Virus record (IMG/VR): IMGVR_UViG_3300017747_002190
Coordinates: 1 to 54,501 of that record
Length of the DNA stretch: 54,501 nucleotides
Origin: a virus
Taxonomy: Duplodnaviria > Caudoviricetes
Strand: one strand, 5' to 3'
Part shown: piece by piece, positions 9,529-17,900 of the stretch
Position numbering within the stretch: the stretch's first letter is position 1
Layout: each line of letters opens with the position of its first letter
Notes under the pieces: generated by a model
What the model was told of the DNA's origin: nothing
Database searches by the model: none
Seen by the model: only the letters and a program-made list of their open reading frames with translations
Program-made: the position numbers and the translations under genes

Positions 9529-9914
9529 GCGCAGTCAAGACCGATCCTGCCAAGTGGAAGCGCATCGTCGCCAACGTCAAGGCGTCTGGCAAAGGGGGCT
9601 CTCCAGGCCAATGGAGCGCCCGTAAGGCGCAAATGGCGACTCAGCAATACCAACGTAGCGGCGGGGGCTACAAAGGCCCTCAGAGGGCGGATAATGCCCT
9701 TGCGCGGTGGACGCGTGAGGACTGGGGTACGCGCTCGGGGAAACCGTCCACGCAGGGGCCGGAGGCCACCGGCGAACGGTACTTGCCCAAGGCTGCACGC
9801 GAGAAGCTGACACCTTCTGAGTACGCGTCGACAACCCGGGCGAAGCGGGAAGGGACCAAGCGCGGGCAGCAGTACGTCCCGCAGCCTGAATCCATCAAGA
9901 AGAAGGTGTGGTGA
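9525..9914 (+). CDS. Basic conserved phage protein (DUF5872-like)
   Basis: GGSPGQWSARKAQ...GGGYKG...WTREDWGT...GERYLPKAA motif set. Confidence 0.6.
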   Translation: MSAVKTDPAKWKRIVANVKASGKGGSPGQWSARKAQMATQQYQRSGGGYKGPQRADNALARWTREDWGTRSGKPSTQGPEATGERYLPKAAREKLTPSEYASTTRAKREGTKRGQQYVPQPESIKKKVW

Positions 9915-10546
9915 TGCCTGCCGTTGTGATGACCTACGACAGTCTGGTGCTGGACATCCGGAGCTACCTGGAGCGCACCGACGCGTCTACGCTGGACAAG
10001 ATCCCGACCTTCATCATGCTGGCAGAGCAGGTGATCGCGTCGGAGCTCAAGTTCCTCGGCAACCTGACGGTGGCCACGAGCACGATGACGCAGGGTCAGG
10101 CGACGATCGACAAGCCGGCCCGATGGAGGAAGACGGTCTCCATCAACGTCACGGTGAACGGCCAGCGCCAGCCGGTGCTGCTGCGCAAGTACGAATACCT
10201 GCGGGAGTATTGGCCCGACCCGGCGTCCGAGGACGTGCCGCTGTATTACTGTGACTACGACTACACGCACTGGCTTGTTGCGCCGACGCCTGCCGCGGCG
10301 TACAACTACGAGGTGCTGTACTACGAGCGCTCGCAGCCGCTGGACTCCTCCAACCAGTCGAACTGGTTCACCCAATACGCGCCCCAGGCGCTTCTGTACG
10401 GGGCTCTGCTGCAGGCCATGCCGTTCCTCAAGAACGACGAGCGTGTGCCGCTGTGGCAGGCCCAGTACGACAAAGTGATGCAGGTGCTGAAGACCGAGGA
10501 CGTGGCTCGGATCGGCGACCGGCAAACGATTGCGAGGGATGCATGA
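9914..10546 (+). CDS. Tail adaptor / tubular-protein-A-like virion protein
   Basis: MTYDSLVLDIRSYLER...IPTFIMLAE...VAPTP...LLYGALLQAMPFLKND; lies in the tail module. Confidence 0.7.
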   Translation: MPAVVMTYDSLVLDIRSYLERTDASTLDKIPTFIMLAEQVIASELKFLGNLTVATSTMTQGQATIDKPARWRKTVSINVTVNGQRQPVLLRKYEYLREYWPDPASEDVPLYYCDYDYTHWLVAPTPAAAYNYEVLYYERSQPLDSSNQSNWFTQYAPQALLYGALLQAMPFLKNDERVPLWQAQYDKVMQVLKTEDVARIGDRQTIARDA

Positions 10547-12468
10547 GCAGTTTCAACAGTCCGTTCACCGGCAACGTCATCGTCCCGACGGACGTCTCGT
10601 ATCGCAACATCACGCTGTCAGCCAACATCGTCTTGGAGTGGCCGATCAACGGCAACGCCACGCCCAACTACGCGGCGCGGATCATGGACGTGACGGCCAC
10701 GACCGGCGGCCTGATCATGCGCATGCCGCCCGCCAATCAGGCGTCTGTGGGCCAGGATGCGCTGATCCGCAACGTCGGCGCAAACTCCTTCACGGTGGCC
10801 GACTACGACGGCAACGTCATTGCAGTCGTGGCGGCCAGCGCGGCAAGGTACATCTACATCACGACCAACGCGAATGAGGCGGGGACCTGGGGCATCATCG
10901 CCTTCGGCGTCGGCTCTTCGGCGGCAGATGCTGCCTCACTGGTGGGCTACGGCCTGACGGTGATCGGTGCGACGCTGAACACCTCTCACCCCGTACAGAC
11001 GTTCTCCAGCGCTTACACCGCGGTGGAGGCCGATCGCGCCAAGACGTTCGTATGGACCGGCGGGTCTGCCACGATGACCTTGACGTCGGCCACCACGCTC
11101 GGCAACAACTGGTTCATCCTGCTGCGCAACAACGGAACGGGGACGCTGACCGTTGCGCCTTCTGGCAGCGACCAGATCAACTCTTCTGTGTCTCTGCCGC
11201 TGCAGCCGTCTGATTCCGCAATCATCTGCTGCTCTGGCACGTCATTCTTCACTGTCGGCATTGGCAAGAGCACTGACTTCAACTTCAGTCAGAACACCAA
11301 AGCGGTGACGTCAGGCAGCTATACGTTGACCTCATCTGAGGCTGCCAACCCGATTCAGAAGTTCACAGGAACCCTGTCGGGCAACGTGACGGTGACGGTG
11401 CCGCAGACGATTGCGGTCTACTACGTCACGAATCAGACAAACGGAACTAGCGCCGGGTATACGGTCACTCTGACAACCGGCGTGGCCGGCAGCACTTCTG
11501 TTGTTGTCACCGCTGGTCAGCAGGTGATTCTGGTCTGCGACTCTCAGAACCTCTACAACGCTTCTACCATCAATGTTGGGGTGTCTACAATATCTCTGGC
11601 CAACGGCACCACTGGGTCCCCGTCTTTGAATTTTGCGTCAGAGCCCACGACTGGGATATATAGATTTTTGCCCGGCCAGTTGGCAATATCAATACTTGGA
11701 GTTCAGCGACTTATAGCCCGGGCTTCAGGGCTATACATTCAAGGGAACATTGAATGCTCTGGTCGTTTTATTTCCGCATTGGATAATGCAGCAATTGGCC
11801 AAATTACGGTCGGCATTGGGGCATCTGGAAACGCAAGCTGCACCGCAGTTGGTGGGGGCCTCCCGTTGGGCAGCAACACAAGTGCCGGCGCCAACAACAC
11901 CGCATTTGGAAATGACTCGCTAGTGGCCGTCACTTCAGGCGACAACAACACCGCGATAGGGTCTCTCGCTGGCGGCATTCTGACCACTGGCAGCGACAAC
12001 ACTTATCTTGGCTACGGCACCAACGCATCATCCAGTGGCGTAAGCAATGAGGTGGTGATTGGCTCCGGCCTTACTGGGAAAGGCACAAATACCTCCTTTC
12101 TTTCTGGATCAGTTGGAGCGTACAATCAAAAAAACCAAGCATCGTGGGACACCATATCGGACAAACGGCTAAAGAAAAATATTGTCGACAATAATGTCGG
12201 CCTAGAGGTGATTGACAGGCTTCGTGTCAGAAACTTTGAATACCGATCTCCTGACGAGGTTGACCTGCTGCCCAAAACTGAAGCAGTTGAAAGGTCTGGG
12301 GTTCAGCTTGGTGTGATCGCCCAAGAGTTGCAGGAAGTTCTGCCGGAAAGCGTGATTGAGCGCAGTACCGGCGCTCTATCGGTGAGCACAGACGTTTTGA
12401 TCTGGCACTTGGTCAATGCTGTCAAGCAGTTGTCCGAGAAGGTCAATCGGCTTGAGGCGAGGCAATGA
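10543..12468 (+). CDS. Tail fibre/spike with a C-terminal peptidase S74 intramolecular chaperone domain
   Basis: SDKRLKKNI...GVIAQELQEVLPE...LVNAVKQLSEKVNRLE; NNTAFG/NNTAIG adhesin-like repeats. Confidence 0.85.
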   Translation: MSSFNSPFTGNVIVPTDVSYRNITLSANIVLEWPINGNATPNYAARIMDVTATTGGLIMRMPPANQASVGQDALIRNVGANSFTVADYDGNVIAVVAASAARYIYITTNANEAGTWGIIAFGVGSSAADAASLVGYGLTVIGATLNTSHPVQTFSSAYTAVEADRAKTFVWTGGSATMTLTSATTLGNNWFILLRNNGTGTLTVAPSGSDQINSSVSLPLQPSDSAIICCSGTSFFTVGIGKSTDFNFSQNTKAVTSGSYTLTSSEAANPIQKFTGTLSGNVTVTVPQTIAVYYVTNQTNGTSAGYTVTLTTGVAGSTSVVVTAGQQVILVCDSQNLYNASTINVGVSTISLANGTTGSPSLNFASEPTTGIYRFLPGQLAISILGVQRLIARASGLYIQGNIECSGRFISALDNAAIGQITVGIGASGNASCTAVGGGLPLGSNTSAGANNTAFGNDSLVAVTSGDNNTAIGSLAGGILTTGSDNTYLGYGTNASSSGVSNEVVIGSGLTGKGTNTSFLSGSVGAYNQKNQASWDTISDKRLKKNIVDNNVGLEVIDRLRVRNFEYRSPDEVDLLPKTEAVERSGVQLGVIAQELQEVLPESVIERSTGALSVSTDVLIWHLVNAVKQLSEKVNRLEARQ

Positions 12469-14720
12469 CTCAGAAGGTCTTCTCACTTGACACGCAGCCC
12501 GGCATCCAGCGGGACGGCACGATCTTTGATCGGCAGTTCTACACGGATGGCCGGTGGGTCCGTTTCCAGCGGGGTCGTCCGCGCAAGATGTTCGGGTTCC
12601 GGCGCATCATTGAGGACCTCAAGGGCCCTTCTCGTGGCATCTGGGTGAACGCCCAGAACGGGTTCAACTACGTCTTCAGCGGGCATTCTGAAGGCTTGCA
12701 GGTTCTGACACTTGATGACGCTGGTGTAGGCGCCGGCATCTTGGATTTCACATTGTCAGATTTCACGTCCAATCCGTTAAATCTCTGGCAATTTGATGGG
12801 TTCTACAACGTCACGGGTGGCGTGGCTTCGCTGGTTGCTCACCCGGGCCAGAACCTGCAACAAATTGATAGCACAGCGAACACGCCGGTGCTGATCGGCG
12901 ACATCGCTGGCACGACCATGTCTCAGATCGGGGTGTTCACCGACTCTCTGACGTTGAATGGCACAACGACGGCTACCCTGGCGGCCAGCAACATCCGCAT
13001 CGGGGCTGGGCAGACGGTCACCGGCACGAACATTCCGGCGGGCACGACGGTTGTGTCTGTGGTGAGCACGACGGTGACGCTGTCCCAGGCGGCCACGGGC
13101 TCTGGCACGGTCACGGCGACCTTCAACAACAACATCTCGGTGTCCGGCGGGGTGGTGGTATTGCACCCGTATGTGTTCGTGTACGGCAACGACGGGCTGA
13201 TCCAGAACTGCTCGGCCGGCGATCCTGACGACTGGGTGTCTGCGGACGCCAACGCGACGAACGCGGCCACAGGGAAGATCGTCAAGGGCCTGCCGGTGCG
13301 TGGTGGCTCCAACAGCCCGTCTGGCCTGTTCTGGAGCCTTGACAGCCTCATACGCGTGTCCTACGCCCCTCAGAGCCTGGGCGTGGCCGGTACTGCAAAC
13401 TTTGCTGCGCCGACGTTCTGGCGGTACGACATCATCTCCTCGCAGACCTCAATCATGTCGTCGTCCAGTGTGATTGAGTACGACGGCATCTACTACTGGT
13501 GCGGCGTTGATCGCTTCCTGCTGTACAACGGTGTCGTCAAGGAAATTCCCAACCCGATGAACCAGAACTGGTTCTTTGACAACCTGAACTACAACCAGCG
13601 GCAGAAGGTCTGGGCGACCAAGGTGCCGCGATTCGGAGAAATCTGGTGGTTCTACCCTCGGGGCGACTCAACTGAGTGCAACGATGCGGTGATCTACAAC
13701 GTGCGTGAGAACTGCTGGTATGACGTCGGGCAGGCGGCCGGAGCCCGAAGATCGGCAGGCTACTTCTCCCAGGTGTTTGCCTATCCGGTGGAGGCTGACT
13801 GGGAGACGTCGGTTGAGCAAATCATCACCACGTCCAATGTGAGCGCGACGATTGGCAGCCCGTTGCTGATACCTACTTCATCAACTCCCAACCGGTTGGT
13901 GCAAGTTGGGCAACTCGCTCAGGGCATTGACGCTGTCACCTTGGCAGATGTGTTCCCATCTGGAACCACGGTTTTGGCGGTCACGTCAAGTGGCATACGA
14001 ACCCTCGGCGCCATTACAGGCGGCTCAGGCTATGTGAATGGGACTTACCCTGGCGTACCCCTTACTGGAGGGTCTGGGTTCACTGCAGAGGCCACTGTGA
14101 CCGTTTCTGGGGGTGCTGTGACGGCTGTGGTCATCACGGCGTATGGCTCTGGGTACGTCGTAGGTGATGTGCTCAGCGCCAGCAATGTTGACCTTGGTGG
14201 AACGGGCTCCGGGTTCTCGGTGCCGGTGACGGCGCTGTACGCTCAACTGATTGAGTTGTCGGCGAATGCTTTGTCTACGTCTTTCTTTTTCACCATGGAG
14301 TTCAGTACGGTGCCTGGGTTGTGTAAGCTCTACCAGCACGAGATCGGGCGGGATGCGATCGACGGCACTCAGGTGCTGGCCATTGAGAGCTACGTTGAGA
14401 CGAACGACCTGGGGTGGGTCTCTGGCGGCCCGTCTCAAGCGGCGCCGGAGGGGCCCAACCGGTGGCTGAGGCTGGAGCGGGTGGAGCCGGACTTCATCAT
14501 GTCTGGCGAGATGGAGCTCTACGTCACCGGGCGTCCGTACGCGCAGTCTGAGGACGACACCTCGGCGCCGTACGTCTTCGACCAGGACACGAACAAGATC
14601 GACATGCGCGAGCAGCGGCGAGAGCTTCGTCTGAAATTCCGCAGCAATGTGGCCGGCGGGGACTACCAGTTCGGTAAGATCATCGTCAACGCTGACATGG
14701 GCGACGTGCGGGGCTACTGA
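12465..14720 (+). CDS. Tail nozzle / tubular-protein-B-like (P22 gp10-like role) protein with inserted domains
   Basis: 751 aa; PGIQRDGT...DGRWVRFQRGRPRK N-terminus and FGEIWWFYP...CNDAVIYNVRENCWY; precedes the ejection proteins. Confidence 0.7.
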   Translation: MTQKVFSLDTQPGIQRDGTIFDRQFYTDGRWVRFQRGRPRKMFGFRRIIEDLKGPSRGIWVNAQNGFNYVFSGHSEGLQVLTLDDAGVGAGILDFTLSDFTSNPLNLWQFDGFYNVTGGVASLVAHPGQNLQQIDSTANTPVLIGDIAGTTMSQIGVFTDSLTLNGTTTATLAASNIRIGAGQTVTGTNIPAGTTVVSVVSTTVTLSQAATGSGTVTATFNNNISVSGGVVVLHPYVFVYGNDGLIQNCSAGDPDDWVSADANATNAATGKIVKGLPVRGGSNSPSGLFWSLDSLIRVSYAPQSLGVAGTANFAAPTFWRYDIISSQTSIMSSSSVIEYDGIYYWCGVDRFLLYNGVVKEIPNPMNQNWFFDNLNYNQRQKVWATKVPRFGEIWWFYPRGDSTECNDAVIYNVRENCWYDVGQAAGARRSAGYFSQVFAYPVEADWETSVEQIITTSNVSATIGSPLLIPTSSTPNRLVQVGQLAQGIDAVTLADVFPSGTTVLAVTSSGIRTLGAITGGSGYVNGTYPGVPLTGGSGFTAEATVTVSGGAVTAVVITAYGSGYVVGDVLSASNVDLGGTGSGFSVPVTALYAQLIELSANALSTSFFFTMEFSTVPGLCKLYQHEIGRDAIDGTQVLAIESYVETNDLGWVSGGPSQAAPEGPNRWLRLERVEPDFIMSGEMELYVTGRPYAQSEDDTSAPYVFDQDTNKIDMREQRRELRLKFRSNVAGGDYQFGKIIVNADMGDVRGY

Positions 14721-14956
14721 TGATCATCTACGACCCCAGGTTCCACACGTTTGAGTCCTGGGCGTCGCTGATGGTTGAGTTGTACGCTGCTCAGCAGTTG
14801 GAGATCCCCACTGCCCAGACGGACTGGAAGAAGTGGGGCGAGGGCCTGAAGGCGATCGACGTCTTCACCAATGAGGGCATCCCCGGAACGTCGAACTTTG
14901 AGCGGTGGGATGACTGGGCTGCGGCGCTGGTCAACGCTGTGAACGTGATGCGGTGA
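14720..14956 (+). CDS. Small Trp-rich tail-associated protein
   Basis: 78 aa; start overlaps the nozzle stop. Confidence 0.6.
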   Translation: MIIYDPRFHTFESWASLMVELYAAQQLEIPTAQTDWKKWGEGLKAIDVFTNEGIPGTSNFERWDDWAAALVNAVNVMR

Positions 14957-14986
14957 GCGCTGAATGCGCAAAGTCTGGAATTGATA

Positions 14987-17900
14987 ATGGCAATCACCTT
15001 TAGTCCAGAAGCTCTTGATGAAATGATGGCCATGGCGCCCGCCATGCCGGCCGCAGTAGAAAGCCAGCCCACATCGACCCGTTCAATTCCAAACGAATAC
15101 TGGTCCTGGGACGACCCCCGCCTTGGCGGCGAAGTGGGCGAGTACAGCGGCCCTTGGGATATGGTCCTGAAGGCGGCCGGTTTTAAGGGCGGCGAGATTG
15201 ATCCGATCACGGCCTCAATGACCAACGACAGGAGCGGCATCTATAAAGCCCGCTTGGTCGGCGAGACGATGAACGAGTACGGTGGGCTGGACCCAAGGTA
15301 TGAGTTGAAATTTTCCCCGGAAGCCATTCGTGCAATTGATGGGCTTAGGGACGCGGGGTACGATCTTCGTATCAAGCATCCAGATCGGAGAACATTCAAT
15401 CAATACTGGGGCCTTGTGACTCCAGAAGGCGTTGAAGACATCAAGATTGCCGGGTCTGATCTTGGTGAGGGCTTGAGGGCGGCGGTGCCTTACATTGCCT
15501 TGCTGGCTGGCCCGCTGGGCGCTCAGATTGGTGGGGCGCTTGGTGGGGCGCTTGGCGTCACAAGCACTCTTGGCCAGCAGGCGATTGGATCTGCGATTGT
15601 GAACGCTGGGTTGACGGCGGCTGGCGGCGCTGACTTTGGCGACATCCTGAGATCTGGCGTTACGGGGCTTGTGACTCCGTATGTGCCGGGCGTTGTCGGC
15701 GACATCGTCCCAAAGTCGCTGGGCGCTTTGGAGTCTGTGGCCGAGAAGGCGATCACGAGCGCGGCCACGTCCGCCATCAGCGGCAAGGGTGACCCTGCTG
15801 CTGCTGCTCTTGGTAGTTTGGCTGGGTCTGCGGTTGGCGCAATTCCTGGCGCGACGAGCGTTCCGCCTGCAATCATGCAGGGAGCGCTGGAGCTTGCGAC
15901 GACCGGGTCGCTGTCTCCGTCGACGTTGTTCAACGCAGCGACCAGCCTGGGCAAGACGTCCGGCACGAGCCAGACGGGTTCGCGGGTTGGCGCTTCGTAT
16001 GACGACCCGTTGCGCACGACGGACGTGGTGGCAGAGCTTGGGGACACCATTGGCACGTCGAGCGGCGGCGGCACGCTCTTGGCCGGCCCGATGGACGCAA
16101 TGGACTTCTCGGCGCCCAACAGGGCAGAGCAGAAGACGCAGGTTGCCGACTACATCCGCAATCAGGCTGAGAACGGCGTGGCGGGCTTCAAGGTCGGTTC
16201 TGGCGGCGTGCTGGAGGTGGAAGACCGCGACCGTGGGGTCACGCACCGGTTCACGTCTGATGGCTCGGTGCTCGGCTCTGTCGATACCGTGTTCGGGTCA
16301 AGAACAGGCGAAACCTCTTCTACTTCCGCAGGCGTCAAGGATTTCCTGGCGAGCCCCTACGTCCAGGGCTTGTTCCAAGGCGGCGAAGGGTCTGGGGACA
16401 GCGGCCGGTATATGGTCTCCGAGGTGGCTGACGAGGGGCCGGCTACTGGCAGTCTTACGCAAGAGCAGTCCGACGAATTGCTGAAGCAGGCAGAGCAAGA
16501 CCTGATGGAGGAGGAGCTCTATCAAGTCAATCCGCCGGTGACGCTGCCGTCTACTGACGTTGACACGGCGGCCGATTCTGGCCAATCTGTGTTTGACCAG
16601 ATCGACCAAGACCTGGGTCAGCTTGCACTGGATCGGCAAGAGGAGACCCGCGCAGAGCAGGATCAGGAGCAGGCCCGCAAAGACGCGGAGGCTGCCGAGT
16701 ACGAACAGTTTCGGCTGCAGCAGGAGTTTGAGCAGCAGGGGCAGCCGGCCGCTACTGAAATTGTCCAGCCGCCTGTTGCAGAGACCGTTCAAGAGCCCGT
16801 GCAAGAGCCGGTTGTGATCCCGCCGTCGCCTGTGGTGGATCAGCCCGTGCAGGTTCAAGAGGAGTCCGCCGTCCTGCCGCCAACCACAGCGACCCAGGAA
16901 CAGGCCCAGGAGGCCGTACAGCCGCCTGTCCAGCCATCGACAGGGGTAGGCCCTGATGAGGTACGCCAGATCGTCTCTGACGCGCTCCAGGCCAATCCTT
17001 CGCTGACTGAGCAGCAGGTGCAGCAGATCGTCAACGGCGCAATCCAGAACATGCCTGCCGGGCTGACGACGCAGGACGTCGCTCAGGTGGTTGATGACGC
17101 CATCAGCCGGTTGCCACAGGGTCCGACGACCGCGGACATTGACTCGGCTGTGAACCGCGCCATGACCGACGTTGCCACCAAGTCGGACGTCGCTGATGCA
17201 ATTCGCAACATCCAGTTCCCCGAGGGGATCAACCAGGATGACGTGTCAAGGGCGATCAGCGACTACATGGAGCAGAACCCTGGGCTGACCGCCTCGGATG
17301 TTGCTCAGCAGGTAGAGCAGGCACTGCAGCAGTTGCCTGTGTACGCGACGCCCTCAGATGTTGACGACGCGGTTCGTTCTGGCCTGACGGGCTACGCCAC
17401 GAGCCAAGATGTGGCTCAACTTGGCGGGAACCTGCAGGCGCAGGTGCAGAACCTGAATCAGGATCTGCAGTTTGCCATTTCGGACGCGATCGCCAGCGGC
17501 CTGCAAGGCGACGCCGCCTTGCGTGAGGGGCTGGAGACCCTTGCTGGCAACTTGGGGACAACTCGCTCTGAGCTTCTCTCTCGGCTGGGCGCGTCTGAAG
17601 AGACGCTTCGGTCTGAGCTTGCATCGCAACTGGGCGGGGTGAGTTCGCAGATCAGCAACGTCCAGACCCTGCTGTTGGACAAGATCAACGCTGCGTACTC
17701 GGTTGGCTTGCAGGGCGATGAGGCGCTGCGGGCCGGGTTGGACAGTCTGGCGGCCGATCTGGGGACAACTCAGGCCAACCTGTTGTCTCAGCTTGGGACA
17801 ACCGAGGCGGCGCTGCGCTCTCAGTTCGGGTCTCAGATTGGCGAGGTGCGGACGCAAGTCGGTCAACTGGGTCAAGACCTCCAGGATGCGATTGACAGTG

